A DNA stretch of 64,000 nt from Mobula hypostoma (taxonomy: Eukaryota), in assembly GCF_963921235.1 (NCBI RefSeq), contig NC_086097.1, positions 11,904,001 to 11,968,000 on the forward strand, written 5' to 3'. The first letter of the stretch is position 1, and each line of letters begins with the position of its first letter. Below the pieces are notes generated by a model. That model searched no databases. It was given only the letters and a program-made list of their open reading frames with translations, and was not told where the DNA came from. Below, piece by piece: positions 1 through 12,319 of the stretch. A program made the translations under genes and the position numbers.

Positions 1-2439
1 ACACATAGCCCTCTACTTTTCTAAGCTCCATGTACCTAACCAGGAGTCTGTTAAAAGACCCTATCCACCACCGTTGGCGACAATCTGTTCCATGCACTCA
101 CCACTGTCTGCATAAAAATACTTACCCCTGACATCTCCTCTGTACCTACTTCCAAGCACCTAAAAACTGTGCCCTCTCATGTTAGCCAGTTCAGCACTGG
201 GGAAAAACCTCTGACTATCCACACAATCAATGTCTTTCATCGTCTTATATACCTCTGTCAGGTCACCTCTCATCCTCCGTCACTCCAAGGAGAAAAGGCC
301 AAGTTCACTCAACCTATTCTCATAAGTCATGCTCCCCAATCCAGGCAACATCCTTGTAAATCTCCTCTGCACTCTATAGTTTCAACATCCTTTCTGTAGT
401 GAGGTGACCAGAACTGAGAACAGTACTCCAAGTAGGGTTTGACTAGGGTCTTATATAGCTGTAACTTTACCTCTCAGCTCTTAAACTCAATCCCACAGTT
501 GATGTAGGCCAACAGACTGCATGTCTTCTGAGCCACAGAGTCAACCTGCGTAGCAGCTTTAAGTGTCCTATGGATTTGGACCCCAAGGTCCCTCTGATCC
601 TCCACACTGCCAAGAGTTTTACCATTAATACTATATTCTGCCATCATATTTGATCTACCAAAATGAACCACCTCACACTTATCTGGGTTGAACTCTATCC
701 CAGCCCAGTTTTGCTGTAACCTCTGACAGCCCTCCACACTATCCACAACAACCCTAACCTTTGTGTCATCAGCAAATTTACTAACCCATCCCTTCACTTC
801 CACATGCAGGTTATTTATAAAAATCATGCAGAGTAGGGGTCCCAGAACATTTCCCTGAGGCACACTGCTGACCACGAACTCCATGCAGAATATGACCCAT
901 CTACAACCACTCTTTGCCTTCTGTGGGCAAGCCATTTCTGGATCCACAAAGCAATGTCCCCGTGGATCACATGCCTACTTACTTTCTCAATAAGCCTTGC
1001 ATGGGATACTTTTATCAAATGCCTTTCTGAAATCCATATATACTACATCTACTGCTCTACCTTCATCAATGTGTTTAGTCACATCCTCATAAAATTCAAT
1101 TAGGCTCGTAAGGCATGACCTGCCTTTGACAAAGCCATGCTGGCTATTCTTAATCATATTATGCCTCTCCAAATGTTCATAAACCCTGCCTCTCAGGATC
1201 TTCTCTATCAACTTACCAACCACTGAAGTAAGACTCACTGGTCTATAATTTCCCGGGCTATCTCTACTCCTTTTCTTGAATAAGGGAACAACATTCTCAA
1301 CCGTCCAATACTCCGGAACCTCTCCCGTCCCCATTGATGATGCAAAGATCATTGCTAGAGGCTCAGCAATCTCCTCCCTTGCTTCCCACAGTAGCCTGTG
1401 GTATATCTCATCCAGTCCCAGAAACTTATCTAACTTGATGCTTTTCAAAAGCTCCAGCACATCCCCTTTCTTAATGTCTATATGCTCAAGCTTTTCACTA
1501 CACTGTAAGTCATCCCTACAATCACCAAGGTCCTTTTCTGCAGTGAATACTGAAGCAAAGTATTCATTAAGTACCTCCAATACCTCCTCCAGTTCCATAC
1601 ACACTTTTGCACTGTAACACTTGATTGGTCCTTTTCTCTCATGCCTTATCCTCTTGCTCTTCACATACTTGTAGAATGCCTTGGGGTTTTCCTTAATCCT
1701 GCTTGCCAAGGACTTCTCATGGCCACTTCTGGCTCTCCTAATTTCATTCTTAAGCTCCTTCCTACTAGCCTTATATTTTTCTAGATCTCTATCATTACTT
1801 AGTTTTTTGAACCTTTCGTAAACTTTTCTTTTCTTCTTGACCAGATTTTTTTCAACAGCCTTTGTGCACCACAGTTCCTGTAACCTACCAACTTATTCCT
1901 GTCTCACTGGAATGTGCCTGTTCAAAATGCCACAGAAATATCCCCTGAACATTTGCCACATTTCTGCTGTACATTTCCCTGAGAACATCCGTTCCCAATT
2001 TATGCTTCCAAGTTCCTGCCTGAGAGCTTCATATTTCCCCTTACTCAAATTAAACGCTTTCCTAACTTGTCTGTTCCTATCCCTCTCCAATTCTGTGGTA
2101 AAGGAGATAGAATTATGATTACTATCTCTAAAATGTTCTCCCACTGAGAGACCTGACACCTGACCAGGTTCATTTCCCAATACTATATCAAGTACAGTCT
2201 GTCCTTTTGTAGGCTTATCTACATACTGTGTCAGGAAACCTTCCTGAACACACAGAATAAATTCCACCCCATCTAAACCCCTCGCTCTAGGGAGACGCCA
2301 ATCAATATTGGGGAAATTAAAATTCCCCATCATGACAACCCTGTTATTACTGCTCTATTCTAGAATCTGTCTCCCTATCTGCTCCTCGATGTCCCTGTTC
2401 CCATTGGGTGGTCTATAAAAAACAGCCAGTAGAGATATT
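1..2439 (-). mobile_element. CR1-clade LINE, ORF2 segment (endonuclease C-part, RT, C-terminus), decayed by frameshifts and stops
   Basis: ORF pieces 1893-2333 (GNFNFPNIDW, LDIVLGNE endonuclease), 987-1709 (PGNYRPVSLTSVVGK, QHGFVKGRSCLT, VYMDF) and 474-947 (VPQGNVLGP, KFADDTK) are CR1 ORF2 motifs; the element continues at 3971 after a Penelope insertion. Confidence 0.95.
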
Positions 2440-2539
2440 CACAAACATGAGGAAATCTGCAGATGCTGGAACTTCAAGCAACACACATAAAAGTTGCTGG
2501 TGAACGCAGCAGGCCAGGCAGCATCTCTAGGAAGAGGCA

Positions 2540-2577
2540 CAGTCGACGTTTCGGGTCGAGATCCTTCGTCAGGACTA
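2540..2577 (-). ncRNA. Minimal type I hammerhead ribozyme motif in the PLE pseudo-LTR
   Basis: Minus strand reads agtc-CTGACGA-aggatctcgaccc-GAAAC-GTC-gact: core boxes intact, stem I agtc/gact, one mismatch in stem II. Confidence 0.75.
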
Positions 2578-2872
2578 ACTGAAAGAAGAGCTAGTAAGAG
2601 ATTTGAAAGTGGGAGCGGGAGGGGGAGATCTAAAATGATAGGAGAAGACAGGAGGGGGAGGGATGGAGCCAAGAGCTGGAGAATTGATTGGCAAAAGGGA
2701 TATGAGAGGATCATGGGACAGGAGGCCTAGGGAGAAAGAAAAGGGGGAGGGGGAAGCTCAGAGGATGGGCAAGGGGTATAGTCAGAGGGACAGAGGGAGA
2801 AAAAGGACAGAGAGAAAAAGAATGTGTGTATATAAATAAATAACGGATGAGGTATGAGGGGGAGGTGGGGCA

Positions 2873-3568
2873 TTAGCGGAAGTTTGAGAAGTCAATGTTC
2901 ATGCCATCAGGTTGCAGGCTACCCAGACGGAATATAAGGTGCTGTTCCTCCAATCTGAGTGTGGCTTCATCTTTACAGTAGAGGAGGCCGTGGATAGACA
3001 TATCAGAATGGGAATGGGACATGGAATTAAAATGTGTGGCCACTGGGAGATCCTGCTTTCTCTGGCGGACAGAGCGTAGGTGTTCAGCGAAACGATCTCC
3101 TAGTCTGCGTTGGGTCTCGCCAATATATAGAAGGCCACATTGGGAGCACCGGACGCAGTATATCAACCCAGCTGACTCACAGGTGAAGTGTCGCCTCACC
3201 TGGAAGGACTGTCTGAGGCCTTGAATAGTGGTGAGGGAGGAGGTGTAAGGGCATGTGTAGCACTTGTTCCGCTTACAAGGATAAGTGCTAAGAGGGAGAT
3301 CAGTGGGGAGGGATGGGGGGGATGAATGGACAAGGGAGTCGCGTAGGGAGCGATCCCTGCGGAAAGCGGGGGAGGGAGGGAAAAATGTGCTTAGTGGTGG
3401 GATCCCGTTGGAGGTGGCGGAAGTTACGGAGAATAATATGTTGGACCTAGAGGCTGACGGGGTGGTAGGTGAGGACCAGGGGAACCCTATTCCTAGTGGG
3501 GTGGCGGGTGGATGGAGTGAGAGCAGATGTGCGTGAGGTGGGGGAGATGTGTTTGAGAGCAGAGTTGA
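2873..3568 (-). pseudogene. Penelope ORF C-terminus (GIY-YIG endonuclease), 5'-truncated
   Basis: CKRNKCYTC...FTCESAGLIYCVRCSQCGLLYIGETQRRLGDRFAEH...LRLEEQHLIFRLGSLQPDGMN. Confidence 0.9.
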
Positions 3569-3859
3569 CCCCTCGTACCCCATCTGTTATTGATTTATAT
3601 ACACACATACTTTTTCTCTCTCTCCTTTTTCTCCCTCTGTCCCTCTTACTATACCCCTTGCCCATCCTCTGAGCTTTTTTTTCCCGCCTCCCCCTTTTCT
3701 TTCTCCCTAGGCCTCCTGTCCCATGATCCGCTCATATCCCTTTTGCCAATCACCTATCCAGCTCTTGGCTCCATCCCTCCCCCTCCTGTCTTCTCCTATC
3801 ATTTTGGATCTCCCCTCCCCCTCCCACTTTCAAATCTCTTACTAGCTCTTCTTTCAGTT

Positions 3860-3896
3860 AGTCCTGACGAAGGGTCCTGGCCCAAAACGTCGACTG
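3860..3896 (+). ncRNA. Hammerhead motif copy with mutated core (GAAA>AAAA), probably inactive
   Basis: agtc-CTGACGA-agggtcctggccc-AAAAC-GTC-gact. Confidence 0.6.
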
Positions 3897-3970
3897 TACC
3901 TCTTCCTAGAGATGCTGCCTGGCCTGCTGCGTTCACTAGCAACTTTTATGTGTGTTGCAGTAGAGATATT

Positions 3971-4913
3971 GACCTCTTTCTGTTTCTAACAGACCCACAG
4001 AGTCTCAGTGGAAATCCCTCCATGTCGTCCTCCTTTTCTGCAGCCATGATACTATCTCTGTCAGTAGTGTCACGCCCCACCTCTTTTGCCTCCCTCCCTG
4101 TCCTTTCTGAAACATCTAAAGCCTGGCACTCCAAGTAGACATTCCTGCCCCTGAGCCATCCAAGTCTCTGTAATGGTCACTACCTCATAGCTCCAAGTAC
4201 TGATCCACACTCTAAATTCATCCACTTTGTCCATGATGCTCCATGCATTAAAATACAGTAAACACATCTCAAACCATGAGTCTGAGCGCATCCCTTCTCT
4301 ATCACCTGCCTATCCTCCCTCTCACAGTGCCTATGTTTCTCTATTTGTGAGTCAAATGCCCCTTCTCCGTCTCTTCAGTTTAGTTCCCAGACCCCAGCAA
4401 TTCTAGTTTAAACTCTCCCCAGCAGCCTTAGCAAACTAATCTGCCAGGATATGGTCCCCCTCAGATTCAAGTGCAACCCGTCCTTGTTGTACAGGTCACA
4501 CCTGCCCCAAAAGAGGTTGCAGTGATCCAGAACTCTGAATCCCTGCCCTCTGCTCCAATTCCTCAGCCATGTATTTATCCTCCACCTCACTCTAGTCCTA
4601 TACTCACTGTCACGTGGCACAGGCAGTAATCCCGAGATGACTACCTTTGAGGTCCTGCTTCTCAGCTCCTTTCCTAACTCCCTGTAGTCTGTTTTCAGGA
4701 CCTCCTCCCTTTTCCTACCTATGTCATTGGTACCAATATGTACCACGACCTCTGGCTGTTCACCTTCCCACTTCAGGATATTGTGGACGTGAACAGAAAC
4801 ATCCCAGACCCTGGCACCTGGGAGGCAAACTACCATCCATGTTTCTTTCCTGAGTCCACAGAATCTCCCATCTGACCCCTTAACTATAGAGTCTCTTATC
4901 ACTGCTGCCATTC
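3971..4913 (-). mobile_element. CR1 LINE continued: ORF2 N-terminus and ORF1
   Basis: 4070-4291 (CLLYFNAWSI...VVTITETW, start of the APE endonuclease); joins 2439 across the TSD. Confidence 0.9.
4408..4913 (-). pseudogene. CR1 ORF1 SGNH/GDSL-like esterase domain
   Basis: VI(R)DSIV, CLPGARV, VVHIGTNDI and DGLHLN blocks typical of the esterase ORF1 of CR1/L2 LINEs. Confidence 0.85.
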
Positions 4914-5850
4914 TCAAGTCAAGTCAAGTCAAGTCACTTTTTATTGTCATTTCAACCATAACTGCTGGTACAGTACACAGTAAAAATGAGACAACGTTTT
5001 TCAGGACCATGGTGCAACATGAAACAATACAAAAACTACACTGAACTACGTAAGAAAAAAACCCACAAAAACTACATTAGACTACAGACCTACCCAGGTC
5101 TGCATAAAGTGCACAAAACAGTGCAGGCATTACAATAAATAATAAACAAAACAATAGGCACTGTAGAGGGCAGTAGGTTGGTGTCAGTCCAGGCTCTGGG
5201 TATCGAGGAGTCTGATGGCCTGGGGGAAGAAACTGATACATACTCTGGTCGTGAGAGCCCAAATGCTTCGATGCCTTTTGCCAGATGGCAGGAGGGAGAA
5301 GAGTTTGTATGAGGGGTGCATGGGGTCCTTCGTGATGCTGTTTGCTTTACGGATGCAGCATGTGGTGTAAGTGTCTATAATGGCGGGAAGAGAGACCCCG
5401 ATGATCTTCTCAGCTGACCTCACTATCCACTGCAGGGTCTTGCGATCCGAGATGGTGCAATTTCCGAACCAGGCAGTGATGCAGCTGCTCAGGATGCTCT
5501 CAATACAACCTCTGTAGAATGTAGTGAGGATGGGGGGAGGGAGATGGACTTTTCTCAGCCTTCGCAGAAAGTAGAGACGCTGCTGGGCTTTCTTTGCTAT
5601 GGAGCTGGTGTTGAGGGACCAGGTGAGATTCTCCATCAGGTGAACACCAAGAAATTTGGTGCTCTTAACGATCTCTATGGAGGAGCTGTTGATGTTCAGT
5701 GGAGAGTGTTCGCTCCGTGTCCTCCTGAAGTCAACAACCATCTCTTTTGTTTTGTTCACATTCAGAGACAAGTTGTTGGCTCTGCACCAGTCCGTTAGCA
5801 GCTGCACCTCCTTTCTGTATGCTGACTCATCGTTCTTGCTGATGAGACAC
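4914..5850 (-). mobile_element. Rex1/Babar-type LINE 3' fragment
   Basis: ORF 5184-5807 ([50 protein letters not shown]); (TTGAC)n tail at 4914-4936. Confidence 0.88.
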
Positions 5851-6050
5851 AGACATACTTCCTATTCCTATTCTTCACTAGTAACTGACCTCGCCTCTAC
5901 CCATTATCGCTGAAGCCCTGTTGAGCCAAAGCCCTCCTACTCTGACTCCCTCTGCTCCATCACCCGTTCCTCCAATGCCCGCTCTATACTGCTGTCTTAT
6001 TTTTAAATCCTTCCCGCTGATCTAACTCGCTGACGTCCACACGCTTGTAA
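5851..6050 (-). mobile_element. Probable 5' region of the CR1 element
   Basis: Lies immediately beyond the Rex1 insertion on the 5' side of ORF1; non-coding; assigned by context only. Confidence 0.4.
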
Positions 6051-6110
6051 CAGTTGTCCCTTGATGTACGGACACTCCTGTGCCTAGCATCACTTTATGT
6101 ACATACAATC

Positions 6111-6275
6111 CTGCAGGTTACCCTCGGGTAATGTGTAGCACCTGCTCAGCCTCCTGATAAGGGTCACATGAAGCCTTGGGAGTAGGTGGTGGTTAGTCAT
6201 ATGAGCAGCTGGTGCATATCACAAGTCCTGGGTATGCGATCACTGACGCCAGACAAATAATCTCTGAAGAGTATT
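6111..6275 (+). mobile_element. 5' half of a SINE-like repeat with RTE/Bov-B-like tail (3' half at 8979-9095)
   Basis: Matches uninterrupted copies at ~28190-28540 (-) and ~62660-62955 (+); the 3' half contains gaagaaggcaatggcaaactac, a Bov-A/Sauria-like tail. Confidence 0.7.
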
Positions 6276-8978
6276 AGACCATAAGACCATAAGACATAGG
6301 AGCAGAATTAGGCCACTAAGACCATTGAATCTGCTCTGCCATTCCATCATGGCTGATCCCGGATCCTACTCAATCCCATACGCCTGCCTTTTTGCAATAT
6401 CCTTTGATGCTCTGACCAATCAGGAAATGATCAACTTCCAACTTCAGTATGCCCATGGATTTGGCCTCCACCACAGTCTGTGGGAGAGCATTCCACAGAT
6501 TTACTTCTCTCTGGTTGAAAAAAAAATCCTCCTTACCTCTGTTCTAAAATGTTGCCCCTCAGTTTTGAGGCTGTGCCCTCTAGTTCTGGATACCCCCACC
6601 ATAGGAAACATCCTCTCTACAACCACCCGCATCTAGTCCTTTCAACATTAAGTAGATTTCAATGAGATCCCCACGCATTCTAAATTCCAATGAGTACAAG
6701 CCCAGAACTGCCAAATACTCCTCATATATTAACCCCTTTATTCATAGAATCATCCTCGTGAACCTCCTCTGGACTCTGTCCAATGGCAACATGTTCTTTC
6801 TGAGAAATGTGACCCAAGACTGTTGACAATACCTCAAGTGCGGCCTGACTAATGTCTTATAAAGGCTCAGCATTATCACATTGCTTTTATATTCTATTCC
6901 CCTTCAAATAAACCCCAACATTGCATTTGCCTTCTTTATCACAGACTCAACCTGCAACTTCTGGGAGTCTTGCACGAGGACTCCTAACTCCCTCTGCACC
7001 TCTGATGTTTGAACCTTCTCCCCATTTAGATAATAGTCTGCACTATTGTTCCTTTTACAAAAATACAATATCATACATTTCTCAACACTATTCCATCTGC
7101 CACATTTTTGCCCATTCTTCCAATTTGTCTAAGTCCTGCTGCAATCACATTGTTTCCTCAACACTGCCTACCTCTCCACCTATCTTCGTATCATCTACAA
7201 ACTTTGCCACAAAGCTATCAATTCCACTATCCAAATTATTGACAAACAATGTGAAAAGTAGCGATCCCAATAATGACCCCTGAGGAACAGCACATGTCAG
7301 TGGCAGCTAACCAGAAAAGGCCCCCTCTATTCCCACTCGCTGCCTCCTGCCTGTCAGCTATTTCTCTATCTGTGCTAGTATCTTTCTTGTAACGCCACAG
7401 CATTTATCTTGTTAAGCAGCCTCATGTGTGGCACCTTATCAAATGCCTTCTGAAAATCTAAGTAAATAATATCCACTGCCTCTGCTTAGTCCATCCTGCT
7501 TTTCACTTCCTCAAAGAACTCCAACAGATTTGTCCAGCAAGGTTTCCCTTAATAGAAACCATGTTGACTTCGATTTATTTTATCATTAGTCCCCAAGTAC
7601 CCCAGAAGTTGTTCCTTAGAAATAGACTCCAATACTTTCCCAACTACTGAGATTAGGCTAACTGGCCTATAATTTCATTTATTTTGCCTTCCTCCCTTCT
7701 TAAAGTGGGGAGAGACACTTGCAATCTTCCAGTCCTCTAGGATCATGACCAGTGCAATCCATTATCTCTTCAGCAACCTCTTTTAGAATTCTGGGATGTA
7801 GTCCATCTGGTCCAGGTGATGTATCAACCTTAAGACCTAGCACTAGTCTATTGCCTAGAACTATTTTCTCTGTAATAGCAATGGCACTCACTTCTGCTCC
7901 CAGACACTCACTGCTCGCGTCTTCCACAGTGAAGACTGATGCAAAGTACCCATTAAGTTCATCTGCCTTTTATTTGTCACCCATTACTACCTCACCAGCA
8001 TCATTTTCCAGTGGTCCATTATCAACACTCACCTCCCACTTACTCTTTTATGACTGAAAAAACTTTCAGTATCATGCTTTATATTATTGGCTAGTTTGCC
8101 CTCATATTTCATCATTTCCCTTCTTATAGCCTTTTTAGTTGACTTTTGTTAGATTTTAAAAGCTTCCCAATCATCCAACTTCTCACTCACTTTTCCTGCC
8201 TTATATGCCCTTTACTTGGCTTTTATGCAGTCCTTAACTACTCTTGTCAGCCACGGTTGCCTACCCCTGCCATTGAGAACTTCTTCTGTGGGACATATCT
8301 ATCCAGAGCTTGTGAACTATTTCCTGGAAACTTCAACCATCTCTGCTCTGCTATCATAGTCATAGTCATAGTCATACTTTATTGATCCCGAGGGAAATAG
8401 GGTTTCGTTACAGTTGCAACAACCAACAATAGAGTATAAATATAGCAATACAAAACCATAAATTATTAAATAATAATATGTAAATTATGCCAAGAAATAA
8501 GTCCAGGACCAGCCTATTGGCTCAGGGTGCCTGATCCTCCAAGGGACGGGTTGTAAAGTTTGATGGCCATAGGCAGGAATGACTTCCTATGATGCTCTGT
8601 GTTGCATCTCGGTGGAATGAGTCTCTGGTTGAATGTACCCCTGTGCCCACCCAGTACATTATGTAGTGGATGGGAGACATTGTCCAAGATGGCATGCAAC
8701 TTGGACAGCATCCTCTTTTCAGACACCACCGTCAGAGAGTCCTGTTCCATCCCCATAACATCACTGGCCTTACGAGTGAGCTTGTTGATTCTGTTGGTGT
8801 CTGCTAACCTCAGCCTGCTGCCCCAGCACACAACAGCAAACATGATCGCACTGGCCACCACAGACTCGTAGAACATCCTCAGCATCGTCCAACAGATGTT
8901 AGGACATCCCCACCAGTATCCACCTCCAATCCACCTGGGCAAGCTCCTCTCTCATGCCTCTGTAGTTCCCTTGCACGT
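6276..8978 (-). mobile_element. Decayed CR1 LINE, interrupted at 8358-8904
   Basis: Short (agaccata)-type tail at 6276-6297; SPGPDGLHPRILKEVAEEI (7700-7927); NYRGMREELAQVDW (8899-8978). Confidence 0.88.
8358..8904 (-). mobile_element. Rex1/Babar LINE 3' fragment
   Basis: ORF 8514-8942 (MFYESVVASAIMFAVVCWG...HPLH...SFLPMAIKLYN); (CATAGT)n tail; 'cat' at both junctions. Confidence 0.85.
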
Positions 8979-9394
8979 TAATGGCTGGGGTCACCCATTT
9001 CGTAAAAGCACTGCCAGAAGAAGGCAATGGCAAACTACTTCTGTTGAAAACTTTGCCAAGAAGAATCATGGTCATAGGAAAGACCACAAGTGATATATAA
9101 ATAGAAAACTTAATTTTTTAAGAATATATACTTCAGTCATCTTATGTATTTATCTTTATTGGTTTTCTCTTATTATTGGCTCTTCATCTTATAATGCTTT
9201 TTTTTCTGTGCTGCATCGGATCTGGAGTTCCAGTAGAGTTGTTCCCCCTTTACACTTGTGTGCTAGAAATTACATTCAACAATCTTGAATCTCTTGAATA
9301 TGCACAGGTACATGCAGTATACTCACACATGCAATGTGAAAGTTATCTACGGTAAGAGACATACTTAAGGAATATTCAAAAGAGAAGCATAAAT

Positions 9395-9550
9395 TAAACA
9401 GACACCAAATGTTGAAGGAGGCTTCAGCAGTGCTTGGCTTGAAATTTTGACTGTTTATTCTTCTCCATAGATGCAGTTGCATTGCCGACTTCTTCCAGCA
9501 TTTTGTGTGTGTTGCTCTGAAATTCCAGCATCTTGAGAATTGCTTGTGTT
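9395..9550. mobile_element. Short decayed PLE pLTR-derived repeat
   Basis: ctccatagatgc...ccagcattttgtgtgtgttgctctgaaattccagcatc matches the pLTR 3' end seen at 59940-60036. Confidence 0.6.
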
Positions 9551-10104
9551 TACAAATTAAAGATAAACTGTACACAACTTTTACATGCAAGCACAATTAG
9601 AACAAAAATGGCTATTTTAGTGCAAAGTGATCCAGTGGTGACAGTGTTGCTAAATGTAGAGATTAAGATTGTGCCTCCTGGTTTGAGAATTGAATGGTTG
9701 AAGGGAAGCTTCTGTACTTCTTGTTTGATGGCAACTGATGGCATGACCTGGATGATGAGGATCTTTGATACCACATAGTGAATGACTGCTCCCTGTACAC
9801 AGGTTCACCCAATCTGACAATTACACCTCTACGCCTCGTCTAGGTCTTTCTGACACCCCAGTATATCTACCTGCTCATATACATACCACAGGACTCTGAA
9901 ATATGAAGGATCTCCAGCTTATGAATCAGGTTGCCAGTGGGTGGGACTGCCACAGAACTTCCTAAAGAGGATCAACTCCGATGATGGTGACCTCAGTAAA
10001 ACACATAGGGGTTTGAAATGGTGGATGTCCACAAGTCCATACAAAAGATTGCCAGGACTACTGAGAGCATCATTGGGGTCTCTCATCCACCCATCCAAAA
10101 TATA

Positions 10105-10875
10105 CTGTACTGTGCAAAAGTCTTAGGCTTATACATATTAACTAGGGTGTCAAAGACTTTTGCACATTATTTGTATTTGCCAACATGGAATGGAGAGCAA
10201 GTTTGTAAATCTGGTGGGAGCAAAGGATGTTGGGAATGGTGAGGACGGAGCACTGGGGGAGAGTTGTGGGAAAGGTGGCAGAGAAGGAGTGCCAGGGGCA
10301 GGGAGTGGTGTCGGTGTAGACACACCCAGCCCTGAGGCACCAAGCAAGGTCATTTGATTCCAAACCATTGGTTTATTGTTCAATATAGAATGTCTCTCTG
10401 GTGCTTCCTGCTCCCTCCCCTCTCCCTTCCCCTTTTCCCAACCATGATTCCCCTCTTCCTACTCTCAGTCCACAATTGAAGGAGGGGAGGGAACGTCGAC
10501 TCAGACTATGAGAGGCCTGCGTCGGGCATTTTAATGCCTTACAAGGCGCAGATTGTAAGTCTGTGTGGGGCGCCACTCCTTGCACAGACTAGAGCAACGT
10601 GTGGTTAAGTGCCTTGCTCAAGGAGACAAACATGCTGCCACAGCTGAGGCTCGAACTAGTGACCTTCAAATCACTAGACGAACGCCTTAAGCACTTGGCC
10701 GCGTGCCCAACACAATTGATACCCATATCAGAATCAGGTTTATCATCACTGACATATGTCATGAAATGTGTTTTTTTATGTGGCAGCTGTACAGTGCAAT
10801 ACATAAAATTACTACAGCACTGTGCAAAAGTCTTAGGCACCATAGCTATATATATGCGCCAAAGACATAGTGCTG
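10105..10875. mobile_element. Composite Tc1/mariner-type MITE with a palindromic mini-unit at each end and captured cargo
   Basis: (c)tgtactgtgcaaaagtcttaggc...aagacttttgcaca at 10105-10170 and a second unit at ~10815-10875; TA on both sides; interrupts a Rex1 fragment (~10030-10102 and 10878-11250). Confidence 0.7.
10480..10710 (-). mobile_element. tRNA-derived SINE (CORE-like ccttgagcaaggcacttaac), alternative tail
   Basis: A/B-box head tggcc-like/gttcgagcc shared with 40976-41277; 9-bp TSD cacaattga at 10471-10479 and 10711-10719. Confidence 0.85.
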
Positions 10876-11994
10876 TATAGGATGGCTACTTACGCAGGGC
10901 CCTTAGCATTGTCAATGATTCTTCTCATCTATCCAACAATCTCTTTAGCCTACCTAGCACCCAGAAGGAGATACTTTAGCACTAAGAAAAGAACTGTTAG
11001 GATGGGAAACAACTTATTTTTTCTAACCCCACCCAGGTCTCATTGCATATGAAGTGTCAATAGTATTATACTGTTTGCTTTTAGTTTGTGTCATAAATGC
11101 ACCTTATTATTTGTTTATTTATTTGTGCTGATATTACTTTATGTGTTGTGTGTGAGTTATATGTATTGTGTTGTGCACCTTGGTCTGGAGAAATGTTATT
11201 TCATTTGGTGGTATACATGTGTACGGTTGAATGACAATAAATTGAACCTAAACTTTACATAGGTTTTGCACAGGCTGAGAATCTAGGAGCATTGTGTCAG
11301 GATAAGCGGTCAGATAATTAAAACAGGCATGTGGGAAAAATTTTTTAAATAATCATTTTTAGATTTTTCTGTATCGCGGAGAGCTGTTTCTCCCAATCAT
11401 GACTGAAATTTGAAGTTGAATTCAATAATTTTTTGGCCACTATCTAAAATATGGAATGTTGGGAGCAGGTGATAAAATCAATATAACAGGAGATCAGTTT
11501 ACTGAAAAATCCTATCATCTACTCCTGCTTCTACATCTAAAGTCCTTGTTTTCACTGCTGGTGCATTAAACAGGACGTCTTAGAAACCCATTTTTCAAGA
11601 CTTCTGAACCTTACAATGCCTCTACAAAGCCCCTTATCTGCCCCTATTAATAGCATGGGGTCCACAAACAGCCTAACACCTCAGTTGCTAAATTTTCCCA
11701 GGTGCAAGGCTGTAAGAGAGAAGTCAAAGATAGACATTACAAAGTGTAAGCAGGATTAATGAGCCAGCTCTCGTCTCTTTCATTCAAGAAATATGAGCCA
11801 GTCTTCAGAGGTGTAAAATTTCCATTGGTTTGTGAGTTCACACTTAAACAGTCTCCAAGTTAACCAATAGTGAAGGAGGTGATTCTTCATTTTAGCAAAG
11901 CCACATATCGATGAGAAGTGAGACTGAAAATGGCAGAAATGCTCAGCAGGTCCTACAGCACCCATGGAGCAAAACAAAATTAACATATCAGGTT

Positions 11995-12198
11995 AACACA
12001 CACAAAATGCTGGAGGAACTCAGCAGGCCAGGCAGCACTTATGGAAAAAAGTACAGTACAGTCGACGTTTCAGGCCAAAACACTTCAGCAAGACCCAAAA
12101 CATTGTCAGTACTCAAAACTGCCTGGCCTGCAGAGTTCCTCCAGTATTTTGTGTGTGTTGCTTTGATTTCCAGCATCTGCAGATTTTCTCTTGTTTGT
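11995..12198. mobile_element. Palindromic PLE pLTR-derived mini-element with decayed hammerhead
   Basis: aacacacacaaaatgctggaggaactc...gagttcctccagtattttgtgtgtgtt inverted arms; cagtcgacgtttcaggcc remnant. Confidence 0.75.
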
Positions 12199-12319
12199 AT
12201 CCTATCAAGTTGATGACCAACCATCATCCCTGGTAAAAAAAATTACAAGTGTAAGCTGCATAGCAAGTATATTAATGTATGCTTGTGTTTGTGAGAGAGG
12301 GAGAGAGAGAAAAACAAAA

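Larger units (their letters stand above)
2440..3957 (-). mobile_element. Penelope-like element: 3' part with GIY-YIG endonuclease and pseudo-LTR (2440-3568, minus) plus an inverted pLTR copy (3569-3957, plus)
   Basis: GIY-YIG ORF 2873-3583; 3569-3957 is the reverse complement of ~2477-2860; 13-bp TSD cagtagagatatt at 2427-2439 and 3958-3970. Confidence 0.92.

Noticed and set aside
3590..4138. 182-aa ORF and similar ORFs (SPDEGSRPETST...RDAAWPAAF) at 2439-2714 and 59766-60185
   Set aside because: Translations of the non-coding PLE pseudo-LTR and hammerhead; they recur only because the repeat recurs
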